From: Candidatus Cloacimonadota bacterium
GTDB taxonomy: Bacteria; Cloacimonadota; Cloacimonadia; JGIOTU-2; B8-G9
Assembly: GCA_003647765.1 (NCBI GenBank)
Contig: QMNM01000001.1
Coordinates: forward strand, 1-60,244
DNA length: 60,244 bases
Direction of reading: 5' to 3'
This document shows, piece by piece, positions 32,260-41,042 of this stretch. Numbering within the stretch: position 1 is the first letter of the stretch; each line of letters opens with the position of its first letter. The notes under the pieces were generated by a model. That model saw only the letters and a program-made list of their open reading frames with translations, made no database searches and was not told the DNA's origin. Made by a program: the position numbers and the translations under genes.

Positions 32260-32288
32260 TTGACAAAATGATTTTTGTGTATTATTGT
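32260..32288 (+). promoter_or_regulatory. Sigma70-like promoter of the structural (rightward) operon.
   Basis: TTGACA, 17 nt, TATTGT, about 20 nt before the ATG at 32309. Confidence 0.6.
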
Positions 32289-32308
32289 TAAGGAAAAAGG
32301 AGGTGGGC

Positions 32309-32659
32309 ATGGAAGAAAAATTGCGGAATAAGTTGATTGACTGGTATTACAAAGAAGGGCTTTCTCCTGGAGAGATTGCGGACAAGATTGGGAGGAGCAG
32401 GTCTGCGGTTTATTTTTTGCTTCGCAAGTATGGTCTTCCATTGAGAGGAGATGAGAAGGGAAGGAAATTGTTATCTCCTGCCTGTCCGAAGTGTGGCTCT
32501 CATGAAGCGATTACGCTAGTGTCTGCGAATGGAGGGAGTGAAATTATCCGCTACCGAATTTGTAGAAAGTGCAAGTATAAGTTCAGAACAAAGGAGGTGA
32601 TAATTGGAAGGGCAGATAGCGATAGTGGAGACATGGTCTCCAGCAAACAGGACTCTTGA
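32309..32659 (+). CDS. HTH plus zinc-ribbon DNA-binding protein (candidate transcription regulator).
   Basis: GLSPGEIADKIGRSRSAVYFLLRKYG is the HTH. CPKCGS...CRKCKY is the ribbon. The start is the ATG at 32309 after AAAGGAGGTGGG. Confidence 0.6.
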   Translation: MEEKLRNKLIDWYYKEGLSPGEIADKIGRSRSAVYFLLRKYGLPLRGDEKGRKLLSPACPKCGSHEAITLVSANGGSEIIRYRICRKCKYKFRTKEVIIGRADSDSGDMVSSKQDS

Positions 32660-33059
32660 TATTACAGTGATAGCAGAGACTTTAGATGAGATTGTAGATA
32701 AAATTGGTTTAGTCAAGCATGGAGATGCGAGGATAATAACTTATGATCCCATCCCTTTACACCCCTTATTGGTGCAGTATGTAAAATTGCCTAAAAACGA
32801 AATAGAAGGAGGTTTGAGCGTTTTACAGCCATTAGAAGAATCTTACATTGCGATGGATTTTTGGACTGATGTTTATTACAGGCTTCTATTGGAAAAAAAG
32901 ATTGATAAATCTGTGCCTGAGTTTGTGTATGGGAACATTGTATTGAATTCTTGCAAGAAGTTTGATCCGAATGTTATAATAAGAGTGTTGGAAAGGAATT
33001 TCTTGGCATGGAAGACGAAGGTGAAGGTTTTTCGTTATACTGGAAATCCAGCGGATTGA
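32604..33059 (+). CDS. Hypothetical protein with a TTG start that overlaps the 3' end of the regulator gene.
   Basis: AAGGAGG lies 6 nt before the TTG at 32604. The TGA stop is part of a palindrome copy. Confidence 0.5.
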   Translation: MEGQIAIVETWSPANRTLDITVIAETLDEIVDKIGLVKHGDARIITYDPIPLHPLLVQYVKLPKNEIEGGLSVLQPLEESYIAMDFWTDVYYRLLLEKKIDKSVPEFVYGNIVLNSCKKFDPNVIIRVLERNFLAWKTKVKVFRYTGNPAD

Positions 33060-33070
33060 AAACGTTTTCA
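33057..33070. promoter_or_regulatory. Palindrome, perfect copy, upstream of the terL SD.
   Basis: Its TGA is the stop of 32604..33059. It ends 4 nt before GAGGAGGG. Confidence 0.95.
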
Positions 33071-33083
33071 CTAGAGGAGGGCG

Positions 33084-35966
33084 ATGGAGAGTTTCTCTAT
33101 AAACGAAGTTCCTTATAACTTCAATGATGTTCCTACCATTAAGAAGTTTTATCTTTCAAACAAGAAAATCAGGGCTATTGTAGGACCGTATGGTTGTTTT
33201 CCAGAATATTGTGAGTATTTGAGTTTTTCTGATGGAGAATATCGCTGGAAGAAGATCAAGGATTATCAAGAAGGGGAAAAGATTGCGGTTTATGATTTTG
33301 AGACAAAGGAGCTTCGGTTTGAGAAGCCTTTGGCTTATGTAAAGCTCCCTATGAATGATCTCTGGATTCATATTCGTGGCAGTAGATTTTTTGAAGCGAT
33401 AGTTTCTCCTGAACATGTCTTTCCCTATATTGTGTCTCATTCTGGGAAATATGGAGTGAAGTCCATTACTGAATTGATTAAGTGGGGGATTACGAATGCA
33501 AGGGTGGTTAATACTTTTCGCATTTGTGGGGAGACTTTTGGTTTAGATGAGTGGTTGGTCAGGTTTATAGCGATGCTTTCTGCTGATGGGCATAAGTGTT
33601 CTGATACCAGATGGCAGGTTTCTTTGAGGAGACGGAGGAAGATTGAGAGGTTGGAGTTTTTGTGCAGGAAGGTAGGAGTTCCTTATTCTCGTAAAGTTTA
33701 TGATTCCCGTCCTACTGAAAATGTTTTCATTTTAGATTTATCTTCTCATCCGCAACTTGCGGGGTTGACCAAGAAGTTTCCGAATTATTTTTACAATTTA
33801 TCTTCTGATTTACTTGATGTTTTAGTGGATGAGATTTTGTATTGGGACGGCTCATTTTACAATGGGAATGATAGGAGATATTTTACGACCATTAAGGAGA
33901 ATGCTGAATTTATCCAGTATGCTTCTCATGCAACGGGCAGGCGTGCTTCCGTTCTTAAAGTTTCGTATCCGAAAGATAATTGGAAGGATTGTTATATTGT
34001 TCATATTTCTGGGAAGGGGGTAAAGAAGACCTGTTTTATTGACAAGGATGCTCCTAAAGATAGGTCAATAAGGTATATTTCTCCGAAGGAAGGTGAATTT
34101 AAGTATTGTTTTACCACTTCAACAGGGTTTTTTCTTGTTAGGTTTAATGGAGCTGTTTATATTTCTGGGAATTCGGGCAAGTCATCTGGTTGTGTTATTA
34201 CTATGCTTCGTCATACTTGTGAGCAGATGCCAGATCCGCATGGGATAAGGAGAACTAGATGGGTTGTTGTTAGAAATTGTTATTCTGATGATACAGAGAT
34301 TCTGACAGAGAAGCGGGGCTGGGTATTGTTTAAAGATTTACTTCCTGATGATAAGGTGGCTCAATATAATCCTGCGACTGATAGATTGGAATTTGTAAAG
34401 CCGACTTATTATTATCGCTCCTATTATAGTGGAGATATGATTTGGGTTCATTCCAGTAGAAAGGAGCTTGATCTTCTTGTTACTCCAGATCATAGGCTTT
34501 ATGTTGCTGATTATAAAGATGGAAAGTGTGGGTCTTTTGATTTTAAAATGGCAAAGTTTTGTTATGGGAAGAAAGTTGCTTTTATTGGTTCTGATGGAGA
34601 GTTGATAGTTGCAGATGAATCTGATTGGGATATGGTAGCTTATAGTGGAATGGTTTATTGTGTAGAAGTTCCTACTCATATCATTTTGGTTTGCAGGAAT
34701 GGAAAACCAGTTCTTTGTTCCCAGACTTACAGACAGCTGAAGGACACAACCAAAAAGACAATAGACTACTGGTTGCGGTTTGCAGAATGGAGAGAATCAG
34801 AGTTTAAGTATATTCTCAAGTTCAGGTTGCAGGATAATACGATAGTGGAGTCTGAATGGCTTTTGAGAGCGTTGGACAGACCAGAGCATATTGCGAATTT
34901 ACTTTCTTTAGAGATAACGGGTGCGTGGTTGAATGAAGCAAGGGAGATTCCGAAGGAGATTTTTGATGCGATAGAAGGAAGATTGCGTTATCCTCCTACA
35001 ATAAGAGACAGAGATGGGAAAGTTTTATATGGTCCTACTTGGTTAGGGATTTTGTTAGACACGAACCCTCCTGATGAAGATCATTGGTTTTACAAGTATT
35101 TTGAAGAAAATAGACCAGAGAAAGCGGAGATTTTTCATCAGCCATCTGGTTTATCTCCTGAAGCGGAGAATATCAGGAATCTTCCTCCGAATTATTATCA
35201 GGATCTTTGTGTTGGCAAGGATCAGGATTGGATAGATGTTTATGTGCATGGGAAATATGGTTCTGTAAGGTCGGGCAAGCCTGTATTTTCTCTCTACAAT
35301 GATGAGATTCATTGTGCGAAAGAGCCGTTAGCTCCATTGATGGGATTTCCGTTGATAATTGGAATGGATTTTGGTTTAACTCCTGCTGCTGTGATTTTAC
35401 AGAAGCCTCCACGCAGGTTATTTGTTCTTGATGAAGTTGTAGCTGAAGAACCGATTGATGTAATTGAGTTTATTCGTTATATGCTTCTTCCTTTTATGGA
35501 GGAGAAGGAATTTTATCGGGGCAAGAATTTCATAATTGTGGGAGATCCAGCAGGTAAGGCAAGGTCGCAGGTTGATGGAAGGAGTGTATTTGAAGCGATA
35601 AATCAGTTAGGGTTGCGTGCTTATCCTGCCTATACGAACTCTTTACAAATCAGGTTAAATGCGGTAAATCAATATTTAACAAGATTGGATACTTTTGCTG
35701 GGGAGATGAAGCCAGCGTTTTTATTATCTCCTACTTGCAGGATGCTGAGGCAAGCCTTGAAAGGGAAGTATAGGATGAAAAGGGTAGCGACTGGGACAGA
35801 TATGTATTCTGATGTTCCTGTGAAGGACAAGTGGTCGCATGTTGCGGATGCGTTGCAATATGGAGCTTTAGGGTATAGGAAGCCGACTTTTAATGAAGAA
35901 TTTGATGAGTTTTCTAACATAGAAGGGCGGGGAGGACCAACGCATTTAGGAACAGGTATTTATTAA
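33084..35966 (+). CDS. terL: Terminase large subunit interrupted by two inteins. The spliced product would be about 485 aa.
   Basis: The split Walker A is IVGPYG / SGKSSG. VVVRN / TYRQLKDTT is also split. Walker B-like WLNEARE. Nuclease motifs IIGMDFGL, GDPAG and HVADALQY. Confidence 0.9.
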   Translation: MESFSINEVPYNFNDVPTIKKFYLSNKKIRAIVGPYGCFPEYCEYLSFSDGEYRWKKIKDYQEGEKIAVYDFETKELRFEKPLAYVKLPMNDLWIHIRGSRFFEAIVSPEHVFPYIVSHSGKYGVKSITELIKWGITNARVVNTFRICGETFGLDEWLVRFIAMLSADGHKCSDTRWQVSLRRRRKIERLEFLCRKVGVPYSRKVYDSRPTENVFILDLSSHPQLAGLTKKFPNYFYNLSSDLLDVLVDEILYWDGSFYNGNDRRYFTTIKENAEFIQYASHATGRRASVLKVSYPKDNWKDCYIVHISGKGVKKTCFIDKDAPKDRSIRYISPKEGEFKYCFTTSTGFFLVRFNGAVYISGNSGKSSGCVITMLRHTCEQMPDPHGIRRTRWVVVRNCYSDDTEILTEKRGWVLFKDLLPDDKVAQYNPATDRLEFVKPTYYYRSYYSGDMIWVHSSRKELDLLVTPDHRLYVADYKDGKCGSFDFKMAKFCYGKKVAFIGSDGELIVADESDWDMVAYSGMVYCVEVPTHIILVCRNGKPVLCSQTYRQLKDTTKKTIDYWLRFAEWRESEFKYILKFRLQDNTIVESEWLLRALDRPEHIANLLSLEITGAWLNEAREIPKEIFDAIEGRLRYPPTIRDRDGKVLYGPTWLGILLDTNPPDEDHWFYKYFEENRPEKAEIFHQPSGLSPEAENIRNLPPNYYQDLCVGKDQDWIDVYVHGKYGSVRSGKPVFSLYNDEIHCAKEPLAPLMGFPLIIGMDFGLTPAAVILQKPPRRLFVLDEVVAEEPIDVIEFIRYMLLPFMEEKEFYRGKNFIIVGDPAGKARSQVDGRSVFEAINQLGLRAYPAYTNSLQIRLNAVNQYLTRLDTFAGEMKPAFLLSPTCRMLRQALKGKYRMKRVATGTDMYSDVPVKDKWSHVADALQYGALGYRKPTFNEEFDEFSNIEGRGGPTHLGTGIY
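33195..34172 (+). mobile_element. Intein 1 (326 aa) with a LAGLIDADG homing-endonuclease domain, inserted in the terL P-loop.
   Basis: It starts with Cys38 (CFPEY...). Block B is VSPEH. The LAGLIDADG-like segments are FIAMLSADGH and VDEILYWDGSF. It ends ...VYISGN, followed by Ser. Confidence 0.85.
33716..33729. repeat. Palindrome variant (TG centre), inside the intein 1 endonuclease domain.
   Basis: Read as E-N-V-F. Confidence 0.9.
34278..34724 (+). mobile_element. Intein 2, a mini-intein of 149 aa, in terL.
   Basis: It starts CYSDDTEILTEKRGWVLFKDL. Block B is LVTPDHRLYV. Block F/G is VYCVEVPTHIILVCRNGKPVLCSQ, followed by Thr. Confidence 0.8.
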
Positions 35967-35973
35967 GGAGTGA

Positions 35974-37980
35974 ATGATGTTGGAGTTTATACCAGTTTCA
36001 GCTCTCCCGCAATCAGAGACAGGTGAGCCTGTTGAAGAAATGCAGGAATTGAAAGTAGATTCTCCTATAACGCAACAGAATTTAGCTGCTTATGTTTTAT
36101 CAAAGTTTGAAGAAGCAAAAAGGGCGAAGCAACCAATTGAAGAAAGGTTAGTTGATTGTTTGGAGCGGTATCAATCAAAGTATTCACAACAGAAGTTAGC
36201 TGAATTAAGGGAGATAAATGCTCCTGAAGTTTATATTCCATTGACTTCAATTAAGTGCAGGGCTTTGACTGCATGGCTTGTGGATATTTTATTTAGCACT
36301 GATGAATTGCCTTATGATATTTCTCCTACTCCTATTCCCGAACTTCCGCTTGAAGTTCAGAATGTAATTTGGGAGAGGGTGAAGGATGCGGTTGCTCCTA
36401 TTGTAGAGCATATTCCTTTTGATGAATTGCGTTCTTTAGTTATGGATGCGAAGACTTTAGCTGAAAGGGAATTGAAGAAGCAGATAGAGAAATATTCTGT
36501 GAAACTTGCGGAAGGGTTTAAGAAAAGATTAGATGATGTTTTGATTGAAGGTGGGTTTCATGAAGCCTTATCCAAATTTTGTGTTGATATTGCGATTTAT
36601 CCCACTGCGATAATCAAAGGTGGGGTGTTGAAGAAAGAGAAAGGGTATGTCAGGACTGCGTATGGGTTAGAACCGCAGGACAAAGAAGTTTATGTTTTCA
36701 AGACAGTTTCTCCTTTCAATATTTATCCATCTCCTTATTCAGTGAATTTTGATGATTATGTGATTGAAGTTTTACAGCTTCTTCCGCAGGATTTGTATGA
36801 TTTAAAAGACCTTCCTGGGTATAATTCTGATGTAATAGAAGATGTTTTGAACAGGTATGAGTCTGGGTATAGGTTTCATCATTTAAATTATAAGTGGGAT
36901 GTGGATAGTTTGGAAGGTAATGAAGGGGCAGTGGAAGCTGATTATCCCTATATTGATGTTTTAGAATTTTGGGGATCTGTTAGAGGCAAGCTACTTCAGG
37001 ACTATGGAATAAATGTGAAAGATCCAGATCGTTATTATGAAGCGACGGTTTGGGTTATAGAGAATCATGTTTTGAAAGCTGTTTTGAATGAAGATCCGTT
37101 AGGAATGAAGCCTTATGCGAAGGCTTCGTTTATCAATGTTCCTTATTCTTTTTGGGGCATTGCCTTACCTGAAGTTCTTGCTCCGATTCAGGATTCTATA
37201 AATGCGATGGCTAGGGCTATTGTAGTGAATGCGGTTCTTTCTTCAGGACCAATTGTTGAAAGGAATATAGATAGGATTTCTCATTCTGATCCAAAGGTAT
37301 TGATGCCCTGGCATATATATGATGTGCATGAATCTGCGATGAACAATGCTCCTGCTTACAGATTTAATTATCCGCAATTGACTGCGGACAGGTTAATAAA
37401 CACAATGATGTTTTATATCAAGTTAGCGGATGATACTTGTGGGATTCCAAGTTATACTCATGGGAGTTTGATGCCGACTGGTTCTGTTGGTCGCACTGCG
37501 ACTGGGTTATCAATGTTTATTAACAATGCGACCAGAGGAATCAAGGCAGTTCTTCGCAATATTGATACTGGGATAATTGAGCCGATAATCAAGCGGATGT
37601 ATTATACTTTAGTAACCAAGTCTAGGTTGACTGATATTCCTGATTTAAAGATAAGGACGAAGGGAACTATTGCTCTTGCTGAAAGGGAGATGGAAGCCAA
37701 CAGGGCGTTGGAGCTTCTCCGAATTATATCCAATCCATTAGATCAGCAGTTAACTGGGCTTGAGGGTCGCAAGTATCTTCTCACTTCCATTGCCAAGTCA
37801 ATTGGTATTGATCCAGACAAGGTATTTGCTCCTACTGATGAGATACAGGAGTTATTGCGTCCTATTATTGAGCAGACGCAGGCACAAATGGCACAAACCA
37901 AGAGTCCTTTGAATTCTGTGCAGAATGAAGCTGTGCAGAAAGGGTTAGATGTATCTCAATTTGTGGAGGAGAATGGATGA
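35974..37980 (+). CDS. Portal protein.
   Basis: 668 aa and immediately downstream of terL. The size and position are typical of a portal. Confidence 0.7.
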   Translation: MMLEFIPVSALPQSETGEPVEEMQELKVDSPITQQNLAAYVLSKFEEAKRAKQPIEERLVDCLERYQSKYSQQKLAELREINAPEVYIPLTSIKCRALTAWLVDILFSTDELPYDISPTPIPELPLEVQNVIWERVKDAVAPIVEHIPFDELRSLVMDAKTLAERELKKQIEKYSVKLAEGFKKRLDDVLIEGGFHEALSKFCVDIAIYPTAIIKGGVLKKEKGYVRTAYGLEPQDKEVYVFKTVSPFNIYPSPYSVNFDDYVIEVLQLLPQDLYDLKDLPGYNSDVIEDVLNRYESGYRFHHLNYKWDVDSLEGNEGAVEADYPYIDVLEFWGSVRGKLLQDYGINVKDPDRYYEATVWVIENHVLKAVLNEDPLGMKPYAKASFINVPYSFWGIALPEVLAPIQDSINAMARAIVVNAVLSSGPIVERNIDRISHSDPKVLMPWHIYDVHESAMNNAPAYRFNYPQLTADRLINTMMFYIKLADDTCGIPSYTHGSLMPTGSVGRTATGLSMFINNATRGIKAVLRNIDTGIIEPIIKRMYYTLVTKSRLTDIPDLKIRTKGTIALAEREMEANRALELLRIISNPLDQQLTGLEGRKYLLTSIAKSIGIDPDKVFAPTDEIQELLRPIIEQTQAQMAQTKSPLNSVQNEAVQKGLDVSQFVEENG

Positions 37981-38204
37981 TTGATTTGAAGCAATTAAGG
38001 AAAGTTATTCGTTCCAATCCTGCTCTTTATCAGAATTTAAGAGAGTATTTTCAGTCCAGATTGCGGGAGAATTTTTTAAAGATGGTATCCTGTGAGGATA
38101 CCACGAGGCTTCATTTTCTTCGTGGTGTAGCTTTTAGTAATCTTCAGGTTATAAATGATCTTTTTGAAGATAAAGAGGAGAAACAGACAGGAGTGAAGTT
38201 ATGA
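37977..38204 (+). CDS. Hypothetical protein.
   Basis: Its start overlaps the upstream stop, suggesting translational coupling. Confidence 0.5.
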   Translation: MIDLKQLRKVIRSNPALYQNLREYFQSRLRENFLKMVSCEDTTRLHFLRGVAFSNLQVINDLFEDKEEKQTGVKL

Positions 38205-38545
38205 TATGGGATTCACTCAATTTTGGTGTTTCTCTTTTAACAACTATTACAGGTATAGCAATTGTATGGGGGAAGATGGTGGAGAGGGTAAAGAGGATTG
38301 AGGATGATGTATTAGGGTTGAAGAAGGTTTTGGGGAGGACAGGGAACGGCTCATCGCTCTATATTACTTCCAGAGAGCATGAGAAGGATATAAATGTTTT
38401 AAGGGAAGACATACAGGAAATAAAGGATATGGTGAGACAATTGCAATTGGATTTACAGGAGCATGCAAGGCAGAATACTGAAGAATTACAGGCAATTCAG
38501 GCAACGATAGGCAAGATGCAGTATTATTTAGATACGCACAAGTGA
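38201..38545 (+). CDS. Membrane-anchored coiled-coil protein.
   Basis: An N-terminal TM-like segment LNFGVSLLTTITGIAIVWG is followed by a coiled coil. Confidence 0.5.
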   Translation: MIWDSLNFGVSLLTTITGIAIVWGKMVERVKRIEDDVLGLKKVLGRTGNGSSLYITSREHEKDINVLREDIQEIKDMVRQLQLDLQEHARQNTEELQAIQATIGKMQYYLDTHK

Positions 38546-38556
38546 AAACATTTTCA
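38543..38556. promoter_or_regulatory. Palindrome variant (CA centre), intergenic.
   Basis: Its TGA is the stop of 38201..38545. It ends 4 nt before AAGGAGGG. Confidence 0.9.
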
Positions 38557-38573
38557 ATCAAAGGAGGGTTCTG

Positions 38574-38855
38574 GTGCTGGTAAAAGTTCCCTTTAATCAA
38601 ATTCAGGTAAACATGGTAGCGTTTGAGGGTGCGGAGGTTATTTTTCCTTATGGAGATAAATGGTTCAGAATGAAGTGGGACGATGTTCCTACGAGGTTCA
38701 AGCAACTGTATGTTCTCAAGTTAAGGCTAGGAGGGGTCAGAGTTCCTGATGCTTTACAACAGCATTTTGTTGATAACATAGATGTGGTTGATTTAAGTAT
38801 AGAATTGGATTTAGACAAAGCTGAAGAAATAGATGAGAGTTATCCTGTGAGGTAG
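38574..38855 (+). CDS. Hypothetical protein with a GTG start.
   Basis: AAGGAGGG lies 5 nt before the GTG at 38574. Confidence 0.5.
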   Translation: MLVKVPFNQIQVNMVAFEGAEVIFPYGDKWFRMKWDDVPTRFKQLYVLKLRLGGVRVPDALQQHFVDNIDVVDLSIELDLDKAEEIDESYPVR

Positions 38856-38861
38856 AGATAA

Positions 38862-40484
38862 ATGCCAATTTCCTATGACAGTTCAACCAATACAATATCA
38901 GTGGTTGGCGGAAGCGAAGCAAGTCCCTATTCTTTTGAAGATATTTATCAAGCGGATCAGAATAATGGTTGGGGTGTTGTAAGCAAGCCTACTGGTGATA
39001 GTTATGTTATTGGGTCTAAGTTAGTTATTGGAGATGGTTCAACATGGACTTATTTTGCAGATAAGGAAAAGCTGGTTATATTCACGCCTACTTTAGATTA
39101 TCATGAGGCAATAATTTTAATAAAGAGGCATGCTTATTTTTGGATTGGAGAAGGAGATGAAGATACTCGGACTGGGCATAAAGGGTGTGTATTTGATGTT
39201 AGGGAAGCAGTATTTAACAGCTGGGCTTTTGTAATTTATAATGAGTCTGAAGGAGATATAAGATTATATGGAGTAACGATATTTAACAAGAGGTTTGAAG
39301 GCTATAGGCACAATTTATGGCTTAGAGGTTCTGTTAATAGAGTATGGAGTTGTCAAGTGAAGGGAGGGGGTTCGGGGATATATCCGACTGAGAATTTAGA
39401 TATAAATGAATTTTTGGTTCAAGATTGTGGTCAAGGGTGGATTTATGGTTATAATCCTGTATATCCGATTACCAAGATAAATGTTGAGTATAATAATACT
39501 GGAGTTTATTTTTATGCTGATCAGGTGTATAATCTTAGGAATGCGAGGTTTATGAAGAATAATAGGACAATTCATACAAGTGATTTGAGAGCTTCGGCGA
39601 GGCTAACTGATTGTGAAGCGGATGATTGGAGTATAGACTGGGCAGGAAGTCCAGATTTAGATAAAGCTAAAGTAGAAAGGGCTTATACTTTTAGTGTTAA
39701 GATTACGGACAGGAGTGGTAATCCTATTCAAAATGCTTTAGTAGAGTTATATGACAGAGATGGTAATTTAGTGTTTGCAGAGTTGACTAATGTAGATGGG
39801 GAGATTTCTGAACATTCAATAGTTTCTATAACCTATACTCCGACTGAGACTATTGATAATAATCCTTATACGGTTAAGATAACCAAAGATGGTTATACTT
39901 CTTTGGAAGCTCAAATAACAATAGATAGACCAATGAAAAATCTTATCTGGCAGTTAGATGCTCTTGATTATACTTTAGATGAGATTATGCAGGAGCTTCA
40001 GAGTCATCGTGATGCGGTAGAACCAAAGATAGATGTTTCTATATCTTCCCGCAGTTCTCACACTCCTGCCGATGTCTGGACTTATCCTACAAGAGAGCTA
40101 ACTAACCCAGACAATTACAAAGCTGATATAAGCGACCTAGCTAGAGAAAGCACTGTTCAGGCTATAAAGTCTCAAACGGATAAATTACAATTTAATACGG
40201 ATAGTGATGTGAAGGCGACGCTTGATGGAGAGAGAGTAAGGCTGACTTCGGATATTGAATTATTGTTAAATATCATTTTAGGTCTTGTTCAGCATAATTA
40301 CAGGTTGTTTAATACGACTTATACAGAGATAAAGGGAATGAAGAAGCTGACTTCTGCTACTGTTAAAGTTTATTCTTCAAGGGAAGATTGTGAGAATGAT
40401 GTGAATCCTTTGAAGGTTTATGATTTACAGATAAGTTATGATGAAGATGGTTGTGTAGTTGATTATAGGAGTGTGGAGTCCTGA
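38862..40484 (+). CDS. Virion fibre/spike-like structural protein.
   Basis: It contains a CarboxypepD_reg-like segment, FSVKITDRSGNPIQNALVELYDRDGNLVFAELTNVDGE. Confidence 0.5.
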   Translation: MPISYDSSTNTISVVGGSEASPYSFEDIYQADQNNGWGVVSKPTGDSYVIGSKLVIGDGSTWTYFADKEKLVIFTPTLDYHEAIILIKRHAYFWIGEGDEDTRTGHKGCVFDVREAVFNSWAFVIYNESEGDIRLYGVTIFNKRFEGYRHNLWLRGSVNRVWSCQVKGGGSGIYPTENLDINEFLVQDCGQGWIYGYNPVYPITKINVEYNNTGVYFYADQVYNLRNARFMKNNRTIHTSDLRASARLTDCEADDWSIDWAGSPDLDKAKVERAYTFSVKITDRSGNPIQNALVELYDRDGNLVFAELTNVDGEISEHSIVSITYTPTETIDNNPYTVKITKDGYTSLEAQITIDRPMKNLIWQLDALDYTLDEIMQELQSHRDAVEPKIDVSISSRSSHTPADVWTYPTRELTNPDNYKADISDLARESTVQAIKSQTDKLQFNTDSDVKATLDGERVRLTSDIELLLNIILGLVQHNYRLFNTTYTEIKGMKKLTSATVKVYSSREDCENDVNPLKVYDLQISYDEDGCVVDYRSVES

Positions 40485-40657
40485 TGTTATTTTTGGGCAA
40501 GATTATATTTGGTGGAGAAGTTTTTTATACAGGAAATTACACATTGCCTTTGCAATTGAAAGTGAAGAAAAGCGAATTTAAGTTAGTTGTTAGGAAGAAA
40601 GGGATAGTTGTGAAGTTGACTATTCCCAATTATAATATTTTGATAGACAAAAAGTGA
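40484..40657 (+). CDS. Small hypothetical protein (57 aa). It is not in the ORF track.
   Basis: Its start is coupled to the upstream gene by an ATGA overlap. Hand translation gives MLFLGKIIFGGEVFYTGNYTLPLQLKVKKSEFKLVVRKKGIVVKLTIPNYNILIDKK. The TGA stop is part of a palindrome copy. Confidence 0.4.
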   Translation: MLFLGKIIFGGEVFYTGNYTLPLQLKVKKSEFKLVVRKKGIVVKLTIPNYNILIDKK

Positions 40658-40668
40658 AAACGTTTTCA
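40655..40668. promoter_or_regulatory. Palindrome, perfect copy, intergenic.
   Basis: Its TGA is the stop of 40484..40657. It ends 7 nt before GGAGGGAG. Confidence 0.95.
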
Positions 40669-40685
40669 ATTTTTTGGAGGGAGAT

Positions 40686-41033
40686 ATGGCTGGCATTCCT
40701 GATTTTTACAGGGGGGACACGCAGATATATGAGCTTACCATTACTGATGAGAATGGTAATCCTGTGGACATAACTGGTGCTACTGTTTGGTTTACTTTAA
40801 AGACGGATAAGAGTTTGCCTGATAATGAAGCAGTGATTCAGAAGGTAGTAACCGACCATGTTGACCCTGCGAATGGGAAGACGAAGGTAGTTTTGACTGC
40901 TGATGAGACAGCGAATTTAGTTCCCAATACTTATTATTTTTATGATTTTCAGATTAAGTTTCAGAATGGGGATGTATTTACGCTTATTGCGGACAAGGTA
41001 AAGATTTTAGAAGATGTAACCAAGTCATCGTAG
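40686..41033 (+). CDS. Ig-like small structural protein (candidate decoration or fibre accessory protein).
   Basis: The ATG at 40686 follows GGAGGGAG. FYRGDTQIYELTITDENGNPVDITGATVWFTLK. Confidence 0.5.
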   Translation: MAGIPDFYRGDTQIYELTITDENGNPVDITGATVWFTLKTDKSLPDNEAVIQKVVTDHVDPANGKTKVVLTADETANLVPNTYYFYDFQIKFQNGDVFTLIADKVKILEDVTKSS

Positions 41034-41042
41034 GGCAGGGCG

